Part shown: positions 51,368-64,000 of the stretch, in pieces
Layout: every line of letters starts with the position of its first letter
How positions within the stretch are numbered: the stretch's first letter is position 1
From: Zootoca vivipara
Lineage: Eukaryota
Assembly: GCF_963506605.1 (NCBI RefSeq)
Contig: NC_083284.1
Location: 35,278,001 to 35,342,000 of the forward strand
DNA length: 64,000 nucleotides
Direction of reading: 5' to 3'
The notes under the pieces: model-generated
What the model saw: the letters and a program-made list of their open reading frames with translations, nothing else
Database searches by the model: none
What the model was told of the DNA's origin: nothing
Program-made: the position numbers and the translations under genes

Positions 51368-54276
51368 CGCTAGGGTCTTAGGCAAAGAATATTTCCCTGC
51401 TGTCTCACCCTTTCACTATAGATGCCCATGATTGAATCTGAGACCTTCTGCACACAAAGCATGCCTACTGCTGCTGCAGTTGTTGTAATATTGGCAATAT
51501 GGTGGAAATGAACTTATAGTAGGCACAACAAACACATTTCCCTCCATCCAGGAGAAATCTATCTGGGAAACAAGCTAACATTCAGCCAAGTGTTGTTCTT
51601 ATCCAGAGACCATTTAGCACTTCTACCCAGGTCCTTATAAGCTTTGGCCAAGGGATCACCTCTATCCTTATTTTGCACCACAACTTCTGAAATCAGTCCA
51701 GGACACACTCTTAATAAAACCTTCAGAAGGCCAAACTGGAATATCTTGCTGCCAGTCGCTAGCATACCGTTAGCTCCAGAGCTCTTGCCCCTAAACTAAT
51801 GCTGCATCTCCCAGCGTACTCCATGCTTGATAGTTTGTGAGAGGCAGAAAATAGTAACCTCTTCTCAGAGACATCGATAACCCAGTGCTTATTAGTGGAG
51901 CTTCTAGTAGTCATACAACTTCACAAATTTCAAAGTTACACAATCTCTGATGTTTCATCAAGTAGGTAAGGTGTGCTGTTGCTTTTAAACATCCTTTCTT
52001 TCACAACTACAATTTAAATTCCCCCCAAATTTAAGACAAATAAGGGCAATGCAATAATGATAGAGTCATGAAAGATAATGATTTGCATCTCTCTGAGTGG
52101 CACAGAAAATCATTAATTAGGCATTCAGAGTGTAAGTATATATGTATAAATTAGCATCTATTCATCATTGAAACTGCAATAGATTTTTCATAACGGAATA
52201 TTAACTATGTGAAGAGATTACTAAGGTTTCTGGATGAAGGCATCAGGCAACCGCAACACAAAAGTAATGGGAAATTTAAAAATCTAAATGCTGAAATGTC
52301 ATACCTAAGTGGCTGTCATAACACCGTAGTTTAATACCATTTGCTACAGCCCTGCTTGCTGGAAGAGGTTGCTCCTTTTCTCTCTCTTTTGCATCTCCTG
52401 ATAAGCATAAGAAATATCAGACATTCATGCCTGCTCATTAAGGAGCAGAACAAATCACAATTAGTATTTTAACTTGATAGAGAATACTCAGTCTCTCAGG
52501 CCTTTACATACTTGTCTGAAAAGCAAGGCAGATCTGGAAAGTGGCTGGAGAGAGGGGAATTCAAAGACACCGCTGGGCTGCAAACCAGAATGAGTACCGT
52601 GCGGCATGTTTTATTTAGCCCTAGAAATCCAATCTTGATAATTCAACTGCCACATTGCAACTGCATCAGGTACACAGAGGACAGAACAATCTATCAATCG
52701 CAGGAGAAGACAGAATGGGACAGATCAATGTTGTGTTGAAAAGCAACTCATAGAGTGGCCAATTTCAAGAACGTAAAAAAGATATTCACAAGAAAATAAG
52801 GCAAGCTGGAGACTAATCAAATCCTAGATACTCCTTCAGTAATCAAAAGTTTAAGAATAACTGAGAACTATACTTGACTCTTGGTCCTTCCTAATTAATG
52901 ACATACAGGCAGGTGCCCACATTTGGTAACCTAATCTATTCACAATGGAGACAACGGGGATGTGGATTTATTCTGCTTTCATTCACATGCTGTCTCCAAT
53001 ATCAAGGGGTTACTTTTTCTCCAGGATGCTCTAGTTAGGAACATCTGGACAGAATCTCACACTTTGCCTAAAACCAAACCAGGGCCACATGGGATCCCTC
53101 ATCATAAGATCCCACAGTGCACAAGTAATAAAATAATCCCATGAGGATTGGCAGAGTCAGTCAGCTTCCACACATGCTAAGTGCATGGAGAAATGGGTTG
53201 TAGAGGAAATGTAGTGCAAACAGTTGATCTGCCCTTATGGACTGACTGCCTGTGCATTAGGAGATACTAAGGTGTGGCTAATCTACCCATAAATACCCCA
53301 GAGATTTATTAGCCATCAACCTTCTAATACCACTGTATAGTTTATCAATCTGGTCCAAAAAGTACTTAACCCCCAAATGATTAACATTTTGTGCAAACTA
53401 TTGTCTTTCTTTAATAGTCTCTATGTTCTGACATGTTTCATATTTCATAAGCATTCAGTAGTAACAGAACTTTTTGTTCTTCAGCTGGCCAATTTGTTGC
53501 ATACAGTTGGGCATTTGAGGTTTTAAAAAGTAGTCTGTGAATTGGCCATTTACCGTATGAACAGCCCACACCTAACACCAGCATAGAAAATGGCTTGCCC
53601 TGGGTACATTCTGATGCAAACTTGCCTTTCCTGAGAAAATATAATATTTTATGTTTAAAATAAGGGCAACTTAACCTTGTGAACAGAATGAGCAGGACTC
53701 TTCAAAGACTGTGCCACTGAAGGCTAAGCAAAAATAAAGATTTATGGAAATGTACAAAACATGTGAAGAATAATAGCTCCCTTGTTGGGACAGAAATCAG
53801 CAACAGGAATGTTGAAATAATGTGATCAACAAAACAGAGCTGGCAATTTCAGTGATTGTTAGCATATATGAGCGTTACATAGAAAAATACCAATATTTAT
53901 TCCAGACATAAGGATAGAATCTAGCTGCTGATAACACTCAGGGAGCAAACAACATGCTTCCCCAGGAATTGGGGTAACAGTAGGGTCTGTTCATGCACCA
54001 AAAGTGGTTGCATGGATGTGCAACATGAACTTGAAGGTGTAATTACTCTAAAATGCAGCATTTTAGTGATGAATCCTGAAAAGGCACCTGCTGGCTGCAT
54101 AGCTGATGGCCCAGAAGATCCTGCCTGGTTTGTCACTTCTACTCCTGTGGCTCTGTGCTAACGGGAGGGAAGGTAGCTTGAGAGGTAGCTAGGAACCCAG
54201 GTAACCGATGTGGAGACATCCAGTCCTGGGTCAGGGATCTCTGGATCCGATGGTGCTGCAGTGGAGGTCTTCTCCC

Positions 54277-54519
54277 TGTGTGGTGTAGTGGTTAAGAGTG
54301 GTAGACTCCTAATCTGGGGAACCGGGTTCGTGTCTCCACTCCTCCACATGCAGCTGCTGGGTGACCTTGGGCTAGTCACACTTCTTTGAAGTCTCTCAGC
54401 CCCACCCACCTCACAGGATGTCTGTTGTGGGGGAGGAGGGGAAAGGAGATTGTTAGCCGCTTTGAGACTCATTCGGGTAGTGATAAAGCGGGATATCAAA
54501 TCCAAACTCTCCTTCTTCT
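54277..54519 (+). mobile_element. tRNA-derived SINE with L2-type tail (Squam3-like)
   Basis: Colinear with 38818-39065. Confidence 0.85.
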
Positions 54520-55719
54520 GTGTTCCTCTTCCTCCTCTGAGACAGCAGACCACAGATCTGAGTAGGGCTGGATACTGAGATGTATCTGAAGTATTTTCCA
54601 CCACCTGCTACCTGCTCTTTATAATTGGAGATGTCAAGGATTGAACCTGGGGCCTTCTGCATGCAACGCACAAACTGAGCTATGGCCCCTCCTGTGATCT
54701 TATGATGGTCAGGAACTATAGTGAAGGAGGAGTGGATCCTCTTGCCATTTAGGGCTTATCCACCTTTAAAGTGTCATGTCAGAGTACTTCCCCCACTCCC
54801 AGTGCTTTCACCATGAAAACCCATTCTTTAGTGCTGTATATGAACAAACAGAAATTCAGGTTTTCCATGGATCGTTTGGACAAGGCACCTTAAAGCACAG
54901 AAATGTGCTAGAAATGTGGCACAATAGGGAGTCTGGATAAGCCCTAAAAAAGGAGGCAAATTTTCCCCACAGATCTCATTCAGCATGCTTATGCCATGGC
55001 AGCTGGCAGCTAGAGCTGTGGATGTGATTTTGCTGCAAGTCTCATGGATTTCAATGGAACTCACTTCCCCAAAACATGTGCTTGGATGAACCTGCGATAT
55101 AATAAAGTGTGAGAAGGCACTATTCTGTAGTATCATTGTCAAGATTTAATGAGCAAGGTTAATTGGGAACTGATACGCCCCAACAGGAGAAAAGCTTTGT
55201 GAAAGTTCTTCAAGGGTGTATTTTTTATTATTTGAAGAAAGGTAATTATAATATAAAAGAATTGCACAAAGAGGATGTTCTTTAAATTCCTGTGGTGGTT
55301 GGGGGGGGGGGATGCCTCTGAATGAGCTGCTGCATCTATCCTGAGTAGATGGGAGAGAAAGAGAACAGGAGGCCAAGGGGATTGTGTCACAAGAATATGC
55401 TCCATGTCTTCTGTAGCTGGTAATGGCTTGATCAAATAGCCATTAAACCCCTGGGAAAAAATGCCTTCAAAGATGAAATAAGGGTCTTTGATAGAAGCTT
55501 TGATCAGGATGGAGAGAGTTTAGATATTCAAGGACAAATCCTGCTTTTCAGCACTGGTGTAAGGAACATAATGTCAAGTCTGCCTGAAGAAAAAAAATAG
55601 TGGTTTGGTGGGGGGGCAGTTGTTTCTCAAAGGCATTTGAATCTGGACACAAGTGCATCCCAGTGCCCACCATATTCTCACTGTATTTGAAGGTGGTGTG
55701 CACACACTCCTCCATGCTA

Positions 55720-55852
55720 TTTACTACCCTATGAGGTAGTTTAGGCTGAGAGATAGTGACTAGGCCAAAGTCACTCAAGTGAGCTTCATGGCCCAATGGG
55801 GATCTGAACCCTGCTCTCCCAGGCCTGGTCCAACACTCTTACCACTACACCA
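55720..55852 (-). mobile_element. Old MIR/CORE-like SINE fragment
   Basis: ccctatgaggtag..taggctgagagatagtgact.gcc.aa.gtcac...tgaaccc...taccactacacc. Confidence 0.65.
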
Positions 55853-57139
55853 AACAAATATTTTGCATTGAGGTTACTTAATGGAAACAAGGTTGCCCCA
55901 CAAGATTGTCAGTTGTGCTTTCTGACAACCACCCTCCTCTTTAGATCCACATTTAATTTTCAGTAGCTGTGCAACCATATATGTAAAATCAAGTGGAATC
56001 GCCCTTGTGATTAGTAGGGGTGGGCAATGCTAACAGGACTAAGGTAAGGGTCCTGGCGTCAATATTTGCCGATCTTAAAAAGGTATCTGAATATTGCTTG
56101 GCCTACAGAAGGTTGCTTTGATGAGAAAAGCTTCAAGGCCCAGCTGGCTATCACAAGTCCTCCTTTATGAGCTTCAGAACTTCTTCTGAACTGTTCCAAC
56201 CACAGAAAAAGGAGTTACACAACCTGGTCTTAATTGAAATATTTGCTGCCTGCTGATATGTTCAAACACATCCACCAGATCTTGATTATTCACTGGCAAT
56301 TAAAGCTATTAAGTCAGCAGACAGACAGCAGGTTATTTCATTGTGATTTGACAAAGCCAGCCGTCTTGCTCTCCCCTTCTATATGACAGCACTATAATTA
56401 GCGGTAATCAAATATGATTTGGACTAGGTGTTGCACGCCTGCTTTCTTAGCCAGAAAGGTATCCTGCCGGTTGCATAATCAGGAAACGCACAATTCTCTG
56501 GACAGAAAAGTAGCACAATGAAAACATGAAGACTCAGGGGGAGGGGAAAGCTGAAGTTTTTTTCCCTTCCTCGCTGTGAGTTTACCAGGCAGGTTGCATC
56601 TTGCAAGCTAGACGATTCAGAATTAACCATAAGTTTAATTTCGGTAAGTTATATTTAAGGAAAAACAATTAAGTTAAATTACAAAAGTCTGATCAAATAA
56701 TATTGTGAAATGCGCTAATAAGTATAATTATTCTCCACACAGATATTCTCCGCTTGAGAAGCGCCTGTAACCTCCATTAACATTAATGGGAGCTCTGCTC
56801 ATGCATCAGGCGCAGACTAGAACCTAATAGGGCATTACAGCTTCAAAGTGCTGTACAAACATTAACTAATTACTTCTCATAACCATATTGGATGGTAGGT
56901 GAGGAAGGATTAATAAAACTTGATTCCAGGTGGTATTGGAAATGTACTCTTCAAGAAAACCAGGGATTCACTGTGTTACCACTGCAGCCAGAGCGAGATG
57001 TACTTTACAGGGTGAAAGTTAAAAACATAAAGGCAAGTTGAATGAAAATAATGGTGTTCCTGCCCTGGCTAAGGGGGGACCTTTCTGTCCCAAGGCAGAG
57101 CCTTCTGTCATTCTGAATGTTTAAGGCTAAATCCAGCAT

Positions 57140-57420
57140 AGGCTCATAGCTTAGTGGCAGAGTATCTGCTTTGCATGCAGAATGTATCAGTTTCAAATCC
57201 CAACATCTCCAGGTATATGGTGGTGGTGGTGGTTTTTTGGGGTTGTTAAAAGGTCTCCAAGCAACTTGGATTAAAAACATCAACACAGATTCATAATACC
57301 ATTTTTTAAAATGGCAGCGTTGGAAAAGACTCTAGTCTGAAATCCTACATAGTTGCTACCAGTCAGTACTAAGCTAAATGGACTAGGGACCTGACTCAGT
57401 GTAAGACGGCATCCTATATT
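57140..57420 (+). mobile_element. tRNA(Ala)-derived SINE with CR1-type tail, with internal insertion
   Basis: Head tagcttagtggcagagtatctgctttgcatgcaga...catctccaggta; tail ctgactcagtgtaagacggcatcctat. Reverse-strand relatives lie at ~40540-40632, ~54620-54690 and ~63097-63260. Confidence 0.7.
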
Positions 57421-57751
57421 TCAGCAGAAACCACACAGTCCAACTCAAACCCAATGTATTCTGAGAAATTAGCTCAATATTTCTGCCACTTTGTGCTTGT
57501 CCTTGTGTGTGTGGGTTTTTTTTTACCAGAACAGTATTCAAAAGCTAGAGCACAACATTTTCAAATGAAAACTAGACATCAACTGTAGCAAGTAGTATTT
57601 GGAAATAGTAGATTCATAACCTTCTGGTGCTTGTGACAAAATAATTCATTGGCTTCCAGTCTGTTTCTATATGCAACTTGAAATGCAATTATCACCTTTA
57701 AAATCGTAAATGACTTGGGTAGAATACACTTGTGTATTTGGATGGTTATAG

Positions 57752-58119
57752 CAGCGTTTCTCAACCGCTGTTCCACGCCACACTAGTGTGCCGCGAGACG
57801 CTGGCTGGTGTGCCGTGACGTGCGGCGACGAGAAGGGCGATTTGCATTGTCACGTGCCTGGCGGCCACCAATAAACAGCACTGACCCGCCGGAAAGCAAT
57901 ATTTCTCCTCCTCTTTCCCAAAGCTCAGTGCAAACGAGCCTGGCCAATACACAGCGCTGACCCGCCGAAAAGCAATATTTGGCAAGTGTTTCTTACAGTC
58001 ATAATTATAATATAGGGCGGCACAGAGTTAATTTTTAAAACTTTTTTAATGGTGGTGTGCCTCGTGATTTTTTTCACGGAACAAGTGTGCCGTGGCCCAA
58101 AAAAGGTTGAGAAACACTG
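57752..58119. mobile_element. Non-autonomous hAT, same ends as 26361-27013
   Basis: TIR cagcgtttctcaacc/ggttgagaaacactg; TSD ggttatag (57744-57751, 58120-58127). Confidence 0.92.
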
Positions 58120-60090
58120 GGTTATAGTGTTGCTATTGTTCCTAACAATGTTTACTTGGAAGTAATAATCAATATTTTTTAAGATCCCAATGACATGTGA
58201 GTGCAATTTTTATTCCCTATTATTATGCACATATGTTAATGCCCAAAAACCTGTGTGTTAAATGTAATTTATACATAGTGGTGTTAACTTAAGGCTATTT
58301 GTCTGAAATATTCGGGATATATTATGTCCTCCTCCTGGCAAAGATTTCTTCAAGTTCAAGATGTCTCAACACATTAAAGAGTATTAGAAAAGCATTTCAA
58401 TTAGATGGCAACCTGATCTTTTTAGAGACGTACCTTATTGTCTCATTTTTTATTTTATTTTTTCTAATTATCCTAATACTTCAGTCTTAGAGCAGGTAGA
58501 CAACATATTTGTGAAAACAAAACAGCCTGAACTCAAATCAAGAGTGAAATTAAATGCTGGCAACCTTAACTGCCAAGGTCGGCTAAAGTGGCAACCTCAG
58601 GGAAGGACTGAAAATGTCATCATTTATGATGTTCAAGTAGCCAACACACTCTATTCTAAGCGCTTGTTTACTACAGCAAGTTTCATGATCAAGATCAAAT
58701 TACCTATTATAGCAGGCTCTGATCCCTTGGTGTGAGGGGTGAATTCAGACAACAGTTTCCCCCCCACCAAGAAGCACTGATTTTGGCAGTAGTGAAAATG
58801 AAGGCGGCACTACTAGATTGTCTACAGGAGTCCAGTGAATGAAGGGCTTTGTAGCAATCAAGCATGCAGGGAGGAAAGCTGCACTAATTCACCTTGTCAA
58901 AAAGTAGGCAGCCTTTACAAAAGTTGACCAAGTTTGTCCTAGATCTCTTTTCCCCACCACTTTTAAAGAAATCCAACATAACTACTGTACTTGCATACCA
59001 TTCAGAACAATAATCAAAACATAAGCTGTTAAATGGACAAGAATACAGCAGGGTAACGTATGGGGCATGTGATCTGTTTAAAACAAAACAAAACCTGATG
59101 AGAAACACACAAAATGCATCTTCTGAAGGAAAATGTGTAGCTTTCAAGCTGGTACTTGCCCACTCTGCTTTTTGTAAATATTATGTCATAATGTGACAAG
59201 CAAATACTTCAAATCTGGGAGCATGGGTCTTTTGATTGTGCTGCACTAATACCGTGGTATTTCAGTTGACCTGTAAGACACAATGATCAACTTAAAACAG
59301 TCCACTGGTAGTAGTAAAAAATCCTGTTCGTTTTCTACGGTAATGGAAATAATTCCTATCCTTTTTCTAGCGAGGATGGGAATTTGTCTGTTTCATGTAA
59401 AGATGTTTTGGAGGAGAGACAGCTAAAACTAAAACAGTGGTTCTTTTAACGTTCACAAACCAAAGCTAATTTGATTCATGGAAGTCTTCTGCAACATTGC
59501 AAAGGGTTTGTCTGAAGAGTTTCCTGCACACTGAGAAGGCTACTACCGGTATTGTGTTTTTGTCACCATAAAGGCTAAGCAGTAATTAGCACAAATATGC
59601 TTAGGTGATTCATCCCATCACTATTTCTGCATCCAGCCTAGTTGTGCATAATTTAATACAAAACTACTCTTATTTCACCCTAAATGAATGGAAGATCACT
59701 AAGAGTCAGTATTTCCATGCCTGCATGCTTCCCTGAACAAAACCACCTAACTTCCACCCATCCTCACAATATTGCACATCAAGGAATTAGAACTGCTGGA
59801 AGCATTTGAACTGTAGAAGCTCATCTCAGAAAGTACTGTATGTAGAGTCTTTCCATCTTCCAGCACAAGGCCTTTTAAAATTAGCCTGGATGAGACTTCC
59901 AGTCCCCAACAAACAGAGACCCCTAAGAAAGTTGAATTGGCTGCCATCACTCAATTGTGGCAAAGGGCCAGCTACAAGAACACACACATATTGGAACATG
60001 CCTTCTTTTCAGATGCCCAATGGAATGCCGTCTGGGAATCAAAAAAAAAAAAAAAAGACCCTCTTGCAGCAGTAGGAAATAGATCTACTG

Positions 60091-60341
60091 CAGGGGTTAG
60101 TAAACTTTTCCAGCAGGGGGCCGGCCCACTGTCCCTCAGACCTTGTGGGGGACCGGACTATATTTTGAAGAAAAAAAATGAACGAATTCCTATGCCCCAC
60201 AAATAACCCAGAGGTGCATTTTAAATAAAAAGACACATTCTACTCATGTAAAAACACACAGATTCCTGGACCGTCCGCGGTCCGGATTTAGACGGCGATT
60301 GGGTCAGATCCAGCCCCTGGGCCTTAGTTTGCCTACCCATG
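60091..60341. mobile_element. hAT MITE (OC1/MER30-like)
   Basis: caggggttagtaaact/agtttgcctacccatg; TSD atctactg/gtctactg. Confidence 0.88.
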
Positions 60342-61288
60342 GTCTACTGAGTCCACTACTTAATCCAAATAGGGGGGTTGCCTCTGTTTAGTCCAGGCAT
60401 TATGAAAAAAGTGAGCTGGGAGCATAGGAGCCAACTCCTAGGGGCTGAGGTGTCTTCAGCCCCCCCCCTAAAATATTTGAGTGGGCATACCCCAAAGCTG
60501 ATAAGCATTGCCATTCAGATGGGGTACATGCACCGCATCATATGATCAATTATAAGTTGTGCAGCTTACCCCCACCCCACCCCAATATTTTATTCAAACT
60601 GGCACCCCTGGCTGAGAGGAAATAGAGACTAACAACTACTCTTGGCTCTAGCTATGTCTGCTTGTGCACCTTCAAAATCTTGTCCCTGGCACATTTCTCT
60701 GAATAGTGCTAAGTTAATGCAATATGCAACTTTTATCATCCCCTCATTCCTATTCTTTCCAAGGATGCTATGGAGATGAATTGAGAAAAGTACAAGGCAA
60801 CAGAAAGCAAAAATGTATGCGTGTGCGATTCTTAGCATATCCCATCAGGAAATATGCCTACCGTAGGTGTTAGTAACTGAGAACTAAAATTGGGAGACCA
60901 ACTTGGAGATCTAAGGCTTCATTAAAGAAGAGGGTGGATCTAAAATATTGTTTATAATTTGCAATATTTACAAATGATCAAGTTTTAAAATAGATACTCT
61001 CATAATTGACCCCAGTACTGCCTAGCTCATATCAAAAAATATACTTCTGAATGAAGTATGAATGAATAGCCAGGGTATTTTCCTCTATCAGAGATTATGC
61101 TATGGAGACATAAAATTGCATAGAAATTGTATCAGGGTATTTTTATTCATTTTTTTTAATTAATGAAACTCAAACTGCATACAAACAGAAAAAGCTCTCA
61201 GAGAGCACAATACTGACTCCAGAATACTGCAAAAGCAAATATACCCTCTTTCCAGGATCTGAAGTACGGTATTGTGGGAGCGCGCGAG

Positions 61289-61319
<31 letters not shown>

Positions 61320-62058
61320 TCATATCCATATCCACAGTGTTGCAAACACTCTGCTCCACATGCAACTTTGCAGCTTATTTCAACAACTGGAGATGCATGC
61401 AGAGCAGTGTTTTTTAAAAATGAAACTCCTGCAAATGTTGAACAAAGCTGTTCAGAGTAGAACTGATCTTCACTTAAAGAGTTGAATATGAGTTGATTTA
61501 TAGAACAAAAATAGTTTTAAAAGTATAAATGATCCTCAGGATTTTTCAAGGAAAGGAAGTTTGAGAACTGCTGCCACAGAGCAACATGTCATCCTATCTG
61601 TGATTCGGCTTGTTCCATTTTGACCACTGGCACTGTTATGATTCAGACTTCCTATTTTGAGTTTTGAGGGAGTAAAGTATCAGGTTCTCAGGTGTTTTCT
61701 AGCAATCAGGATCAATCTGTTGGAATACATCTGTACCAAACTTCCACTTTCTATCTACTGTGGAAGTACCTTAACAGTTTTGATATCATTGTATCAACTG
61801 GGAACTAGAGATACAAATTGAAATATTAACATCAAATTCCTTGGTGATTATGAAGGAGACAGAAGTAAACCAGTAATGCTAAAATCCTGCTATAGAAACA
61901 AAAGTATTCAAATTCCAAGAGGAAATTCATGGAACACCCTGGAGATGTGAAAGATGGATACTGCTTAAATATGTTTTGCTCTGTTCCTTGAAATGAGAGA
62001 ATATTGCAAAGGGGCTTGGTTCCAGTACTGTATATTATTTAACTGTAACTCAAATGCC

Positions 62059-62468
62059 CAGGGCCAGCCCAAGATATTTGGGCATCTGAGATGAACCACA
62101 AAATGGTATGTGTGTCCCTGCACTCCCCACCAGGGAAGAAGGGGTGAGTGGAAGAGCCAAATCAACCTTACTCGGCAGCTGAAGTGGGAATCAAAGGCTG
62201 CTGTGTGGGGGAAAGGAGCCTGCTGGGCAGGTTCAGAATCCATGGCACCTGCCATTTCCTACCTAATGGTTGGAAAGTAGCCTTCTATTCACCAAGGGGC
62301 CATTGTAGATATGGCATGGTGGAAGGAGGGGGGCTGTTGAGGAGATGGCAGATGCGGTCGCCAAAGATGCGCCCGGCAATGCATTCCTTAGATGCTGGAA
62401 ATACTGCCCATTTGAATCCTGCTGCCTGAGGCAGTCACCTCACCTTGCCTCATGGGAGGGCCGGCCCC
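62059..62468. mobile_element. Degraded hAT (Tip100-like) element
   Basis: cagggccagccc.../...gggccggcccc ends; TSD not clear. Confidence 0.5.
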
Positions 62469-63862
62469 ATTAAAATCAGAGGTAATTTTGCTCTGAAAAT
62501 GTAAGAAAAGAGAAGGGAAAGTGCAGTAAGAAAGAGGATTTCTATTCCGGGGAAATCATGCACTTACAAACAGCTTTCCTTCCCCCACCACTTTAGTTAA
62601 CTTAGCCAGCATAGTGCCATTAAGGCCAGTTAGCAGATCTTTAGCAGTCACCACACCTGCTTATTACAGTACACTGAATGTGAGTCAGAGCTGGAAAACT
62701 TACAGCTCAAAGGGTAGGAGGTGGAGCAGTGTGTGAAATACATCTGGCAAAGTAATATGATCAGCCTGAGCAATGCCGCCTGCATCAAGACATTGCTAGT
62801 ATCTTTTTGTCACTAATATCAGCTAAAAACAATACTGTAAACCAAAGGACAAACAATTGCTTCTCCACCTCCCCATGTCCTCATCCACAAATTATAGTAA
62901 TTGATTTAGTCAAAGCAGGGGTAGAAAGTTGGGATAGATTACTTTCAATACAGCTTGGCAAAATTGTACTCACCCACTCAATAAGTATATTCCACCACTA
63001 GCTCAACTGCCACCCATGGATGATCAGCCACCCCTACAACGCACACCAATTGCAATGATTCAGATGCTTTTGTTAAAATGAGCAGGGCTATATGAGAACA
63101 TAGGAAGGTGCCTTAAAATGAGTCAGACAACTGGTCCAACTACCGACAACTGGTCCAACTGAATAACAGTATCTCTTCAGGGTTTCCCAGCCCCACCTGG
63201 AGATGTCAAGATTGAACCCATGGCCTTCTATGTGCAAAGCATGTTCTCAGCCACTCAGCTCCCCCTGATTTAGTGCATGATATGATAGATTTGGCTACAA
63301 ATCCCTTGGACAAGTCACTTCCCAACCCTGCAAACAAAAGTATTAATTTATGCAACAACTTTGCAAAACAGGGAAGAATACAAAATGCAATGATCCTCTG
63401 ATCACTTCTGAAAGAACACAAGTGAAGGAAGCCAAGCTTTTATGCCTTTTTCCACAACATGAATTAACATCACCATCTTTAGGCAGAGGAAGCCTCAAAG
63501 TAACTAGAAATGTGTCTGAGGGCACACCTTCATGATATATTACATTAGCCTAGCAACAAGAGCACAAGAACAAAATAATTCTGGGTGTCCATCAAGCTGT
63601 GTTGGTAAATATGTGTGTTACTAAGGCAAAGCTGCTTCATCACTTTTGCCTTCAGTTGTGACCTACAAAACAAATGAAAGTAGGCAAGAAGGCCTGACCA
63701 TTTTTCTCAATACTATAGGCAAGAATTTCAGACAACTCTCAACTGCAAGCACACCATATTCACTGTTGAATCTGTAGCAGAGTGGAGGGTGGTCTGCATA
63801 TAGGATGGAGCTGCATTTCCTTGATAAGCCTACTGTAGGAGGACTACTGAAGAGGGAATGCA

Positions 63863-63899
63863 GTTTGTTTGTTTGTTTGTTTGTTTGTTTGTTTGTTTG
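63863..63899. repeat. (GTTT)n microsatellite
   Basis: Tetranucleotide run. Confidence 0.98.
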
Positions 63900-64000
63900 A
63901 CTTTCAGTTGTACTTGAAACAAGCACTTAGGTGCTGATTAAGTACCTTCCTACCTGCCAGCTATATCTTACCCCATCTTATTATTTTGTTTCCATAACAA

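Larger units (their letters stand above)
9104..64000 (-). other. MAML3: MAML3 intron 1 (3' part); canonical exon 1 lies outside the window
   Basis: No ORF encoding the N-terminal basic Notch/CSL-binding helix is visible. MAML3 intron 1 is known to be very large. Confidence 0.8.

Noticed and set aside
57140-57212. tRNA-Ala gene (also tRNA-like heads at 38818 and 54277)
   Set aside because: Degenerate stems and continuation into SINE bodies: SINE heads, not tRNA genes.

Overview
Vertebrate genomic DNA, almost certainly a squamate and probably a lacertid lizard (Sauria/POM-type SINEs, BovB, CR1, L2 and RTE fragments). The only well-supported coding sequence is the large second exon of MAML3 (Notch co-activator mastermind-like 3) on the minus strand, 9103->7589, 1515 nt, phase 0-0. 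The rest is inferred intron: intron 2 to the left, intron 1 to the right. The introns carry about 15 non-autonomous Buster/Charlie-type hAT elements with 8-bp NNNTANNN target-site duplications (TSDs), four Tc1/mariner-type elements, SINEs, LINE fragments, microsatellites and two ~140-nt N gaps. Main observation: the GC/CpG-rich islands here are not host promoters but cargo inside transposons. They are a 980-bp non-autonomous Helitron (32272-33251) with what looks like a captured first coding exon and splice donor co-oriented with MAML3; a 1.9-kb hAT with promoter-like cargo (22574-24497); a hAT whose interior differs from its sibling copy (26361-27013 vs 57752-58119); and a 2.1-kb Tc1/mariner-type element holding a 135/111-bp palindrome-bearing minisatellite (47289-49401). 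Family names come from recall of consensus sequences, not database searches. Nearly all other ORFs in the track are spurious.
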